The translations under genes were made by a program, and so were the position numbers. A stretch of DNA of 64,000 nucleotides from an uncultured virus (IMG/VR IMGVR_UViG_3300032006_001851) (taxonomy: Duplodnaviria; Heunggongvirae; Uroviricota; Caudoviricetes), in IMG/VR virus record IMGVR_UViG_3300032006_001851; one strand, given 5' to 3'. Shown in pieces: positions 47,344 to 56,861 of the stretch. The notes beneath the pieces are model-generated. The model was given only the letters and a program-made list of their open reading frames with translations. It did no database searches and was not told where the DNA came from. How positions within the stretch are numbered: the first letter of the stretch is position 1; the number at the start of each line of letters is the position of its first letter.

Positions 47344-48260
47344 TATTCTCTCCAATTCTTGTCATAACCTAAAATTTCTTCTGGAATATCTACAATGCCA
47401 TTTTGATAGTCATTGAGAACTTTAATCATCTGTTTAGCTTTGTCTCTTTTTACATCATTAATGCTCCGGTAATCTGATGAGCCAATATTAATAAAGTTAC
47501 TAACATTAATATTAAGCTGACTACACTTCTTGTCAATAAATACTACCTGTTGAGGACTGATTCTGTCGTCTAGGTTGTACTCTCCATCCGTAGGAGAAGA
47601 TGCGGATACAGCCTCCTTGACAATACCCACTATATCTTTCTTAGCAAGCTCCTCCGCTGCTATAACTCGAATCTTTAAAGCCTTTCTTAGTGCCCTGCCT
47701 TCTGCTCTTGTAGAAGCAGTAGCTACGGGATGAGCACAGAATAAGTCATCTGTGTTACCGTGCCACACGTCGGCAACTTCACTAAAGGTTCTGTGAAAAC
47801 CGTTGTTCATCCAGTCAATAACAACCTTGTAAACTACGGTAGCTCTACCGGGACCGTTGGAGTCAGAAGACGGAAAAACTTCAGTTGGGCCAGACTCTAT
47901 AATGTCTCCCAATAACAGTTCTGCCACACGTCTCAATCCTGCTGTAATTGGATGGCCATCGATAAGTTCATCGCTTCTAAAATGAGACATAACATGCTCA
48001 TTCCATTCTGGAGACGCAAAGCTCGGAGCATCAGGCTCTACCACCTCATCCTCCTGATCCCCGCCGCCAACTCCATCAACCCCCATGTCGTGCTCAAATA
48101 AGATGTCCTCGCCAACCTCTTCCGTAGCTTGTCCGATTTCATTCATGTAAACCTCCAAAATTTTTAACAGTTCATCTTTCTTTATGCCTTGCTGCAAACG
48201 GATATTATTATCTCTAGCAAGTTTCTTCAATTCTGCAACTGTTTTATCTTCTAAATTCAT
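47343..48260 (-). CDS. Putative Rad52/Sak-like single-strand annealing protein with N-terminal Rho_N/HeH-like module
   Basis: N-terminal LEDKTVAELKKLA...KKDELL. Central ATASTRAEGRALRKAL resembles the Rad52-fold helix motif. Confidence 0.45.
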   Translation of the reverse strand: MNLEDKTVAELKKLARDNNIRLQQGIKKDELLKILEVYMNEIGQATEEVGEDILFEHDMGVDGVGGGDQEDEVVEPDAPSFASPEWNEHVMSHFRSDELIDGHPITAGLRRVAELLLGDIIESGPTEVFPSSDSNGPGRATVVYKVVIDWMNNGFHRTFSEVADVWHGNTDDLFCAHPVATASTRAEGRALRKALKIRVIAAEELAKKDIVGIVKEAVSASSPTDGEYNLDDRISPQQVVFIDKKCSQLNINVSNFINIGSSDYRSINDVKRDKAKQMIKVLNDYQNGIVDIPEEILGYDKNWRE

Positions 48261-49042
48261 GTTTCTATTTCTACCAGTCTCTTATCCATGGGTGGAAATT
48301 CTTGTTCTATCTTTTTCAATTCCACGGTAAGTTTTTCAAAAACGTCTCGCATGTTTTTTGCAGACAGATTTTTTATCAGGTTCTTTATTCTTATTACAAC
48401 GTATCCCCGATTCATCAACAGTCCAGCTTTAACCGAATCAGATCTAATATGACGATTCAAATTTTCCTCACCCCAAATTGGCAAAAAGTGTGCTGGTCCA
48501 TCTATTTCTATTGCTGTTTTTAATTCGGGAACAAATATGTCAACTTCAAGTTTGTCGTTGGCAATCAGGCCCTTCTTATGAAATATAGCCTGATACCCCT
48601 CTTTGGACAAGGCTTCGTAGATAAATTTTTCAATTTTAGACCCTTCCTTGCTGGCGCGTCTTACGGCTTCTGCGGCCAAACTTCTAAGGGTCTGTCGCTC
48701 TTCATCCGACATGCTGGCCCATTGCTTCTTGGATATTTCCGACCTTCTATCCCTCTCGGAATCATCCATTTCCTCCCAGTATGAAAACATCCCGTCGCTT
48801 ATAGCAATCTTTTCTGATTCAGTGCGCTTCTTTCCCTTGGTGGGATGCTCGTGCCTTCCACTTGCGATGGCAACGGATTGCGCAGAGCTTTTATCTCTTA
48901 GCTCCACACCCAAAGCCTTTAGCGCCCTCCTTACTTTGTTGGGATAGGTGTTAAGTTCTTGGGCGATTTCATAAGTGCTCTTCTTTTCGTTTACGTATTG
49001 ACTTATAAGGAACTCTTTGTGTTTTTGAGAAAATCTATTCAT
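48257..49042 (-). CDS. HTH + NUMOD3-like + Vsr/DUF559-type endonuclease (homing-endonuclease-like)
   Basis: HTH (STYEIAQELNTYPNKVRRAL), KGKKRTESEKIAIS, and VDIF...AIEIDGPAHF...D..K......GY.VIRI. Start moved to 49042 (ATGA overlap). Confidence 0.75.
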   Translation of the reverse strand: MNRFSQKHKEFLISQYVNEKKSTYEIAQELNTYPNKVRRALKALGVELRDKSSAQSVAIASGRHEHPTKGKKRTESEKIAISDGMFSYWEEMDDSERDRRSEISKKQWASMSDEERQTLRSLAAEAVRRASKEGSKIEKFIYEALSKEGYQAIFHKKGLIANDKLEVDIFVPELKTAIEIDGPAHFLPIWGEENLNRHIRSDSVKAGLLMNRGYVVIRIKNLIKNLSAKNMRDVFEKLTVELKKIEQEFPPMDKRLVEIET

Positions 49043-49500
49043 TTGATTATTTCCATTAATTGGTCCATATTGAAATCTGTAACTATTCCGCATACATCTC
49101 TGTTACAATAATTTTTAATAGCCTTGGCATGATCTTCACTTCTTGCAATCAAATCTACCCCTTTGTTGTTGTAGGCTTGTATCATATAGTCGAATCCTTT
49201 TCCATGTGGTCTACACCACTCTAAATCCCAGACGTAAAAAAACTTCTTTTTCGGAGCAATGGCGTTGATAGACAGCATGGTATTTGCAGCAGTGGTGGAT
49301 ATTAAAGTCCCATCAAAGTTCCATATCTCGCTACTATTCATGAAGGCAAACGCTGGCTGTATAACATTTGGCGTAGCGTTTTCAAAAAATATCACAAAGT
49401 CTTTATCATTGTTGTTGTTTGTGGCGAAATTCAAATTGCGTATAGCGTGATAAGAAATTTGATTCGCGCTGGTGTCTTCTAGTATAAGACCGAGTTTCAT
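49039..49500 (-). CDS. Hypothetical protein, possibly a stand-alone GT-B N-terminal-like domain
   Basis: LISTT..T......KKFFYVWDLEW resembles the IAT...T...K.Y.VQD.E pattern of some GT-B N-domains. Weak match. Confidence 0.35.
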   Translation of the reverse strand: MKLGLILEDTSANQISYHAIRNLNFATNNNNDKDFVIFFENATPNVIQPAFAFMNSSEIWNFDGTLISTTAANTMLSINAIAPKKKFFYVWDLEWCRPHGKGFDYMIQAYNNKGVDLIARSEDHAKAIKNYCNRDVCGIVTDFNMDQLMEIIK

Positions 49501-49502
49501 GA

Positions 49503-50510
49503 TTATTTCCTAGAGTCTGCCCATTCTTTATTGTTAATATACCATTCAACCGTTTTGTTTATGCCCTCGCTAAGGCCCGCCGGATTTATGTCAATAATTT
49601 TATTCATTCTTTCTGTGCTTAATAGTTTTTTAAGTTGTCCGTCAGGCTTTTCAGTATTCCATATTACGTCTCCTTCATAGCCCAAAGAAGTTACGATGTA
49701 ATTCACCAGTTCTTTTATGGTAATATCATTTCCGGTGCCAATATTTAAAGGCTGGGTGTGGTCGTCATACTTTTCTAAGGCTTGCACGATAGCTTCTGCG
49801 GCGTCTGAGACGTACATAAACTCCCTCTTGGGAGACCCTGTTCCCCAGCATTCTACAGCGGGCTTGTCGATTTCTTCGATGGGTACATCAGACCTCTTGG
49901 CAATTTCCATATCTTCCAGATACTCAATGTGGGCCTCTGTAAATTTACGTATCAGGGCGCCCACAACCTTTGTTCTCACCAAATCAAAAGTATCATAAGG
50001 TCCGTACAGGTTGGTTACACATGCTGTTACTGAATTAAAATTGTACTGCTTTTTGTAAGCGTCTGTAGCCGCTTGTAGTGTTCGCTTAGCTATTCCGTGT
50101 GCTCTAATTGTTTCATTTGGCTGTCCATTCCAAAAATTGCTCTCCTCCAGAACTTGTTCTCCAGTATCGGGATATGCACAAGAAGTCATTATTGAGATCA
50201 TTTTTTTTATTTGTGAATATTCACAGGCGTGAAATAGATTCAAACCCATAACCGTATTAGCGTACAGTATATCCGCTGGGTACATTCTGTTAAATTCAAT
50301 GCCTCCGTTATATCCAGCGCAGTGTATACAATAGTCTGGATTCTGTGATACAAAGAACTTGATTGTAGCGTCAAGGTCTAGAAGGTTTACTTTGTCGTGT
50401 GACAAAATTATTGGAATAGCCTCGCGTTCAAACAGTACGCTTTTTACTGCTCTCCCGAGAAACCCTTCGCCGCCTGTAACTACTACTTTTTTTTCAGATA
50501 GATCTATCAT
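49503..50510 (-). CDS. GDP-L-fucose synthase-like extended SDR (epimerase/reductase)
   Basis: VVTGGEGFLG, GGI..N...PA, TSCAYP, NLYGP.D, WGTG.P.REF.Y..D.A, KPDG. Catalytic positions are atypical. Confidence 0.85.
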   Translation of the reverse strand: MIDLSEKKVVVTGGEGFLGRAVKSVLFEREAIPIILSHDKVNLLDLDATIKFFVSQNPDYCIHCAGYNGGIEFNRMYPADILYANTVMGLNLFHACEYSQIKKMISIMTSCAYPDTGEQVLEESNFWNGQPNETIRAHGIAKRTLQAATDAYKKQYNFNSVTACVTNLYGPYDTFDLVRTKVVGALIRKFTEAHIEYLEDMEIAKRSDVPIEEIDKPAVECWGTGSPKREFMYVSDAAEAIVQALEKYDDHTQPLNIGTGNDITIKELVNYIVTSLGYEGDVIWNTEKPDGQLKKLLSTERMNKIIDINPAGLSEGINKTVEWYINNKEWADSRK

Positions 50511-51430
50511 TGATACTGATGCCTTATTTGTAGGAGTGGGACAGTCTTTATTAACTCATCTATCCCCTGCTCCATGCTAACTTCACACCTGAATCCCTCG
50601 TCATTCAACCTGCTGTAATCCACAGAATAATCCCTCTTATCTAGATCTTCACCCGTCTCCGCGTAATTGATAAATGCTCCAGTTCGCTCTCCAATATATT
50701 CTGCAAGCTCTCTTTTAGTCCAGTTTAGATCATTGTCACCAACGTTATAGACTTTGTGATTCAAGACTCCTGTATTCTTTAGGCCAAAAATAAAAGCTCT
50801 GGACATATCTCTGACGTGTACGAAGGTACGTCTGAAATCCGCCTGAAAAACATTCAAGCATTTCTGTGAGTGGGCATTAAGAACAAAATCGTTAACCAGC
50901 AGATTAACCCTCATGCATGGGCTTACCCCAAATCCTGTGGCAAACCTGAAAGATACGGTGTTTGGATTCTTAGACACCTCCCTCTCAGCAACCTTTTTTG
51001 ATTCCCCGTATAAGGAGACTGCGTTTAAGGGGGAGTCTTCCGTGCAAATGCCATCCACTTTTCCGTATACGCTGCCGGTGGAAGCAAACACAAAGGGGAT
51101 GTCGGGGTCTCTCTGCTCCAGCAAATTTTGTGTTCCGTCTATGTTGACAGAAGTAGCTAACGCTGGCTGTTTTAGGCATGCGGGAAATCCTACTATCGCA
51201 GCTAAGTGAATTACTCCGTCAACTCCATCCAGCATTCTTTCTACATGCTTTACATTTGTGACATCTCCGTACATAAATTCAAATGGCGAATGTATCATTA
51301 GGCCCATAAGAGCGTCACACTGCCCCTTATGAAAATTATCTACACATCGCACCTGAAACCCCTGAGCTAGAAGATCCCTGCAAAGGATATTTCCTACATA
51401 TCCACCGCCACCCGTGACCAGTATTTTCAT
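50507..51430 (-). CDS. NAD-dependent epimerase/dehydratase (extended SDR)
   Basis: ILVTGGGGYVG, HLAAIVG, FASTGSVYG, YGESK. Confidence 0.9.
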   Translation of the reverse strand: MKILVTGGGGYVGNILCRDLLAQGFQVRCVDNFHKGQCDALMGLMIHSPFEFMYGDVTNVKHVERMLDGVDGVIHLAAIVGFPACLKQPALATSVNIDGTQNLLEQRDPDIPFVFASTGSVYGKVDGICTEDSPLNAVSLYGESKKVAEREVSKNPNTVSFRFATGFGVSPCMRVNLLVNDFVLNAHSQKCLNVFQADFRRTFVHVRDMSRAFIFGLKNTGVLNHKVYNVGDNDLNWTKRELAEYIGERTGAFINYAETGEDLDKRDYSVDYSRLNDEGFRCEVSMEQGIDELIKTVPLLQIRHQYQ

Positions 51431-52152
51431 TGTTTCTCCCATATTAAAGCTGTACCAGCAACAACTTTTTGATCGTGGTTTACATGGTCTAGGGAAAATA
51501 TATCTTCGCTAGATCTCCAATCTTCGAATAGATAGTGATCATACTTGGGCTTGATCTCTTCCCTAAAGACCGTTGTGGAGTCGTGAACGTAGTCGTAAAC
51601 ATCGTCAAGCAGCATGTAGTGGGGTGGGCGACTCAAAGCTTTTGCTATCTCTACGTCTTTCAAAAAAGAGTCCCTCTGATGATCGCCGTCTATAAAGACA
51701 AAATCGAATGGTTCGTATATTCCAGCCGAAGATTTATAATCCTCTATGATTTTGCAATTCTTTTCTTCGGAACCTTCAACCTCTTCCGACCCCTCAAGCA
51801 CGTCTTTGTCTTTTACATGCTTATGATGTTTTTTAAAGTTTAGGACGTGGGGATATACTGTAGCCTGTGCAACGTTGTCAGTTCTAACATCAACATATTC
51901 CTTTATGTCTACAGTTAGCAACCATCCATCATTGCAGTAGTTATCGAAGTATCTCTGAAAAGTTTTTGCGGACCCTCCACGATGCGTCCCTATTTCCAAA
52001 CAGATCTTTGGTTGCAATTCAACCAGAGTGGAATACAGGGCGTCAATATAAAAGGTCATTGCCCCACCTTGAGTAATTTTCGGGGAATCTTTTTCTGCCT
52101 TAAGTATGTATCCGTGAGGCCCTTTTATTGGCGGTATGGGTGATATCTTCAT
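51427..52152 (-). CDS. Class I SAM-dependent methyltransferase (Methyltransf_24-like)
   Basis: LEIGTHRGGS, FDFVFIDGDH, LDD. Confidence 0.85.
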   Translation of the reverse strand: MKISPIPPIKGPHGYILKAEKDSPKITQGGAMTFYIDALYSTLVELQPKICLEIGTHRGGSAKTFQRYFDNYCNDGWLLTVDIKEYVDVRTDNVAQATVYPHVLNFKKHHKHVKDKDVLEGSEEVEGSEEKNCKIIEDYKSSAGIYEPFDFVFIDGDHQRDSFLKDVEIAKALSRPPHYMLLDDVYDYVHDSTTVFREEIKPKYDHYLFEDWRSSEDIFSLDHVNHDQKVVAGTALIWEKQ

Positions 52153-52958
52153 AGCTCCTCCATGCTTCCTATTGAGCTTTTTCCGTGTATACTCTCTAGA
52201 AAAATTTCATAATCTTTATGTCCTATGCCTTTTATATTGCATAAAAATTCCCCCATTTCAGACAGAGGAACAAGCTGAACATGTTTCTTCATTATCTCCA
52301 CGCTGTCGTCACAGTTAATATCCACTCCCATGTGGGTTAAAAATGCCAAGCACAGGAATGATTCGGGAGAAACTTTTCCGTCCTTGTAGACGTTTCTGTA
52401 ATTTTGTACTCCTATTTGATCAGCAGTAATAGGGTCGGTCCCAGTGAATTTTTTACACCACTCAAATGCCTTCTCGTACATGCCTAGAATATTTTCAGTG
52501 TATCCACCGGCCATGTGATCTGACGGATGAAACTGCTCAATTGAATCCGGGTTAAACAGAAAGTTGTGAGTGGTTAATTTTTCTGGGCTGGACTTCATCA
52601 AGTCAATAAACTTAGATATGTCCGTATAATATTCATCGCATCTCATCTTTATTGCATACTTCGTTTTGACTTCCCTAATTCCGTTTAACGAGCTTGCTGC
52701 TTGGTAACATATATTGGAGTTATTGTAATACTCATCATATTTATCGATATCGTCTGTAACCAAAGATATGTTACCATGTTTTATAGCCTGTTCTAGTTTG
52801 CTTGGTTCAAACCTGTCAAGAGAATCAGACCAGCTTGATATTATAATTTCGTTTACATTTTCTAGATAGTCATACACATACGCCAGACCCTCGGACATAG
52901 CGCCCCAGTAGTTAACCAGTGGACCCTGAAGAACTATGGTTACATCTTCATGCTTCAT
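52149..52958 (-). CDS. WavE-like protein
   Basis: VTIVLQGP, EIIISSW, Q..SSL.G, TKYAIKMRCD, FHPSDH. Confidence 0.7.
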   Translation of the reverse strand: MKHEDVTIVLQGPLVNYWGAMSEGLAYVYDYLENVNEIIISSWSDSLDRFEPSKLEQAIKHGNISLVTDDIDKYDEYYNNSNICYQAASSLNGIREVKTKYAIKMRCDEYYTDISKFIDLMKSSPEKLTTHNFLFNPDSIEQFHPSDHMAGGYTENILGMYEKAFEWCKKFTGTDPITADQIGVQNYRNVYKDGKVSPESFLCLAFLTHMGVDINCDDSVEIMKKHVQLVPLSEMGEFLCNIKGIGHKDYEIFLESIHGKSSIGSMEEL

Positions 52959-53389
52959 TTAAATATCTCTACATAGTCAGAACATATCGCATAAGCAGAA
53001 CCATATAGCTGGGTGTACGACTGGGCTTCGGGTCTCATGCATATAGTTTTAGGTGTAACTGCATACCCCGGATAGCTTACAATGTATCCATTGCTAGTTA
53101 TAGTATAGTGATCCTCTTGATGCCAAAAGCAGTGAACATCGTCCATCTTGAGCATGTATTCTAGAGCTTCTAGATTCTTAGCGTGACATAGAAGGCTTTC
53201 ATTTTTGATAAAGCCATAGTCTATGGGAAACTGTGGCCCGTCATGCCCTAGAAAAAGCTTGGACCCAATCTTCCACACATCTATCTCCACATCATAACCC
53301 TTATTCAGAACGTCCTCTATACGTGAGGGGTCATTCTCCCATTCCGGGTTCGGCCCGTCTATGTTTCCCCTATGAGATATGAATTTCAT
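52955..53389 (-). CDS. Small GDPD/PI-PLC-like phosphodiesterase
   Basis: ISHRGN, EN, VEIDVW, LGHD, ICSDY. Confidence 0.75.
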   Translation of the reverse strand: MKFISHRGNIDGPNPEWENDPSRIEDVLNKGYDVEIDVWKIGSKLFLGHDGPQFPIDYGFIKNESLLCHAKNLEALEYMLKMDDVHCFWHQEDHYTITSNGYIVSYPGYAVTPKTICMRPEAQSYTQLYGSAYAICSDYVEIFK

Positions 53390-54237
53390 TCTATCATCAT
53401 CCTCTCAGCTAAATCTGCATAGCCTCTTTTGGGACTTGTTATATGATTTCTCGTCCTCTTGTCTAGAATAGCGTCTTCGACCCTTGTGCAATTTATGTCA
53501 TACATGTTCATAATTTTTTCAGTGTCGTCCCATTTGTGATAATCCTTAGACACTCCTACAGTGTATATATTTTTAATGCCTTTCATCCATAGCCAGTTCA
53601 GTGCAAAATGAGTACTGTTGCAGTCATTTCTTAGCTTGCCATCTTTATGTAAGAATTGATGGTACGCATCAACTTTGTCAGTGTTGTGTTTCCATATGTC
53701 ATCCCGAGTGAACTTGGTAATATTTTTGTACTTAGAGAAGTCTACAATTTCATCTACGTCTTCGTATTTCAATGATCCAGCTATCAAGTAAGAACCATCG
53801 TGTTTTCCAACGGTAAATTTTGGAACACTTCTAAAGTCCAAAAAATGATGCGCCATGGAATTATGCTCTGGACTCAGGGGATATCTATATCTGCTATCAT
53901 CCGTATACGGTTTGCTGGTTCCATCGTGATGGTTAAACTCTATTTTCCAGCTTCCGGTTTCAAATATTCCCGAAGATCTAGAATCCCAAAAGTGATGCGT
54001 AATAAAATGTGGAACAAGATAGTGTCCCCATCTATCAGAAAAATTAGACAGATTATGTACGACTCTTACTAAGTCAATAGAAAAGAGTAAGTCTGTATAA
54101 TTTGTTGCATACAAAGCCTTGCCTATAGTTATAGTAAAGAAATTTTTATAGGCATCCGGCTTAAGATACTGTTTTAGATTTGGAGCAGCACCAATAAGCA
54201 GGACTGGTTTATCTATATTGATATCATTTAAGACCAC
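53386..54237 (-). CDS. Maf/DUF115- or GT29/GT42-like transferase
   Basis: LLIGAAPNL near the N-terminus and ST..AL......G.K.IY.VG near the C-terminus. GTG start assumed. Confidence 0.5.
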   Translation of the reverse strand: MVLNDINIDKPVLLIGAAPNLKQYLKPDAYKNFFTITIGKALYATNYTDLLFSIDLVRVVHNLSNFSDRWGHYLVPHFITHHFWDSRSSGIFETGSWKIEFNHHDGTSKPYTDDSRYRYPLSPEHNSMAHHFLDFRSVPKFTVGKHDGSYLIAGSLKYEDVDEIVDFSKYKNITKFTRDDIWKHNTDKVDAYHQFLHKDGKLRNDCNSTHFALNWLWMKGIKNIYTVGVSKDYHKWDDTEKIMNMYDINCTRVEDAILDKRTRNHITSPKRGYADLAERMMIE

Positions 54238-54589
54238 CAATGTCTCGCCTCACTATATCGTTGGGATCAAGACCGTCTATCCAGTATATCTCTAAGGCTC
54301 TTGTGTCTTCCATGGCCTCGAATCTATGGTCGACTGCGGGTGGAACGTCAGAAAACATTCCGTCAGTCAGAATTGTCTCATCTTGACCATCCTGCTTATA
54401 TATAATAACCTTTAATGCCCCTTCCAGCACAATAAATCTGTTCCATTTATTTTCATGATGGTGACGGGAGCAGAACCCACCCTTGACAGCTTCTATGTAA
54501 TGCACCTCGCTTGTGCAATTTTCAAAAAAGCACTGCGTGGTTCCCCAAAATTTTCCCTGAATAGCCCCGGTCAAAGTTTTGTGACCCAT
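54224..54589 (-). CDS. Cupin-fold protein
   Basis: K.WG, S.HHH..K...F.V..G, VPP...HRF.A.ED. Confidence 0.8.
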   Translation of the reverse strand: MGHKTLTGAIQGKFWGTTQCFFENCTSEVHYIEAVKGGFCSRHHHENKWNRFIVLEGALKVIIYKQDGQDETILTDGMFSDVPPAVDHRFEAMEDTRALEIYWIDGLDPNDIVRRDIGGLK

Positions 54590-54590
54590 A

Positions 54591-55238
54591 TTACATCCTT
54601 TCGAAATAATCGCCTATCGAAAATTTAACATTGTACGTTACGCTTTTCTTATCGGATTCTACATACTTGGACTCTGGAAGCACCCTGAAATCCACACTAA
54701 CTCTGGACTTGCCGGTCTTATTAACCTTGTTGCCATGTAAAAGAATTGCCCCGTTCCACATATAGAACTCACCGTTATCTGCCTCCATGGGTGCAAAATC
54801 TCTTTTGTCCATCTCTGATTCTACCCATATCGTATTTGATCCAAAAGCTTTTGTCATAGGGAGGAAGAAATTAACCTCATGCTCTGAGTGATTGTAGTCC
54901 ATGTCTCGATGATATCCTGCAACAGCCAGATTATCTGGTTGATGAACTCTAAACGTTGGTATCTTTTGATAAAGCATAGGCTCATCAAAAAATTCCGCTA
55001 TCACGGTCTTGACAAATTTATTATATGTTTCATACCAGTCAAATTTTTCTACATTGTCATAGAAGTGCTTATGGTATACAGTCAATTGATCAGTTTTAAC
55101 ATTGTCAAGAAGTTCGTATTCTTTTGCAGAGGACCACTCCTCATGCACCATAGACAAATCTTCAACGTCAAAAAGTTGAGATATGATCTCAGAAAAATTA
55201 TATTCATGTTTGTCGTAAGTAAACTTTTTTGGGGGCAT
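54591..55238 (-). CDS. 2OG-Fe(II) dioxygenase-like protein (StrG-like)
   Basis: PTFRVH, HRD (HxD), LHGN, RVSVDFR. Start moved to 55238 (gaggag SD). Confidence 0.7.
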   Translation of the reverse strand: MPPKKFTYDKHEYNFSEIISQLFDVEDLSMVHEEWSSAKEYELLDNVKTDQLTVYHKHFYDNVEKFDWYETYNKFVKTVIAEFFDEPMLYQKIPTFRVHQPDNLAVAGYHRDMDYNHSEHEVNFFLPMTKAFGSNTIWVESEMDKRDFAPMEADNGEFYMWNGAILLHGNKVNKTGKSRVSVDFRVLPESKYVESDKKSVTYNVKFSIGDYFERM

Positions 55239-55248
55239 GTCCACTCCT

Positions 55249-55854
55249 CTAGTGTTCGTACATCCGTTTAAGCGTGGCCAAGGTATCATCGTAGATTTCA
55301 GAGTCACCTTCCAAGACATTTCCACGTCTGAAAATACGCGGCCTGTCTTTATAACAGTCATCTATCTGGGATTGTTCAAGACGCTCTAACAAGCGTAAGC
55401 TTCCCAAAACAAAAGAGGGAAAGCATTGTGTCATTCGTTCATAAAGATTTACCATTGTGTCAGACTTGTCTACCGGATATGTAATCTTACTTATGATATT
55501 CCCGTAATCAAAATCCTCAGACATTTTGTGGAATGTTAAACCCTGTTCAAAAATACGACCTTCCCTTATTCCTTTTATAGTGTGGTATAGTATATCCGTG
55601 CCGCCCCATAATGGCAAGAGTCCCGTGTGGACGTTGAATGCATTATGCGTATCCTTTATCCTTCTATTATATTGCAGTGACAGCTTAATATCATGTTCAA
55701 CCGCTTCATCTACCACCGGTAAATCCATCTTCCCAGCTATGACCGGATTGTTAGATGGTACGTGTCCAACTAAATTGTAATGATCCTTGATAAGGAGACA
55801 AGCTTCTTGTGTTAAATGTGCAGATCCGTATATTAATATGTTCTCAATTTTCAT
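55249..55854 (-). CDS. Sugar N-formyltransferase-like protein
   Basis: SLQY, NVHTGLLP..GG, GLTFH.M...D.G.II. Start moved to 55854 (ATGA overlap). Confidence 0.8.
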   Translation of the reverse strand: MKIENILIYGSAHLTQEACLLIKDHYNLVGHVPSNNPVIAGKMDLPVVDEAVEHDIKLSLQYNRRIKDTHNAFNVHTGLLPLWGGTDILYHTIKGIREGRIFEQGLTFHKMSEDFDYGNIISKITYPVDKSDTMVNLYERMTQCFPSFVLGSLRLLERLEQSQIDDCYKDRPRIFRRGNVLEGDSEIYDDTLATLKRMYEH

Positions 55855-56861
55855 GATCTGAGTTTTTCCTTCAAGTGTATCCAAGGGTCTCCGTTTCTCA
55901 TCTCTTCTATCGTCCACTGTGTATATGCTAGGTCGTGACACCATTGCGTTCTGTCTGGAGTTCTGGGGTTCTCTAGATTTTCTATATCGTGTTCTGCCAT
56001 GTCGTAAGCCATGGAAAATTTATCGGTTGTTATTATGGGGACTCCATTTATTACACATTCACATAGGGCGTTACTCGTGTTACCTATAGCGCACCAAGCT
56101 CCAGAAATGTCTTCCTCAAGAGTGCTAAAGTGCTCTCCTGTAACAGTAATGGATGGATATGATGCAAACATAGATAGGTGCCTCTTACGCTTTCTTTCTT
56201 TCACCTTGCCCAGACCTTCCGCCCTCGCAGCATATACCTGATTTGGATGCAGTCTAACCCTTACCTGTCTATTTGTAAACTTGTCCAGCCAGTTAATATA
56301 ATCATGGAAATATGCCAGAGGGTTGTTAGGATGATAGTCTAAATTTTTTAGACCAATGCCGCCAAAGTTTTGCATGATATACAAGACATAGTCTCCGTCT
56401 TTTCTCCAAGGTTTTATACCGTATCCAATTTTATCCCAACGGTCAGGAGGTGAGTTTATATTATTATACTCTCCCTCACTTTTAATTCCATTTATACCCA
56501 CGGAATAAAATTTGTCATCATTAACCGGATCGGTTTTTCTATCTTTAAAGGCAGCAGACTCTATAATTAGAGTATCCTTTCCAAGGGTAGTCAGTTTACT
56601 TCTGAACAATACATATTCTTTTTTCTGGCCATTTTTTCTTTTGTGCAGCTTACTGTCATGAAACTCGCAAGCTGAAACTATTACATCATATCTTTCATCA
56701 ATTGTTGGAATCCATCTCATTGAGGGTTCAAAAATTCTTGCATGATCCCCAGTCTTTTCAATCCCCTCGGCAAACGCTACGCAAGCAGCGTGCCCGCTTT
56801 TTTTGGTGAGGCACACCGCTATGTTTCTAGGGGTCTTGGTAACTTTAGCCGTAATTTCCAT
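55851..56861 (-). CDS. GT-B glycosyltransferase-like, KpsS/KpsC (Capsule_synth)-like, paralog 3
   Basis: DRW..I...IKPWR..G, VRLHP, TSNAL.E.V..GVP, W...LAY.QWT.EE..G..W. Confidence 0.6.
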   Translation of the reverse strand: MEITAKVTKTPRNIAVCLTKKSGHAACVAFAEGIEKTGDHARIFEPSMRWIPTIDERYDVIVSACEFHDSKLHKRKNGQKKEYVLFRSKLTTLGKDTLIIESAAFKDRKTDPVNDDKFYSVGINGIKSEGEYNNINSPPDRWDKIGYGIKPWRKDGDYVLYIMQNFGGIGLKNLDYHPNNPLAYFHDYINWLDKFTNRQVRVRLHPNQVYAARAEGLGKVKERKRKRHLSMFASYPSITVTGEHFSTLEEDISGAWCAIGNTSNALCECVINGVPIITTDKFSMAYDMAEHDIENLENPRTPDRTQWCHDLAYTQWTIEEMRNGDPWIHLKEKLRS

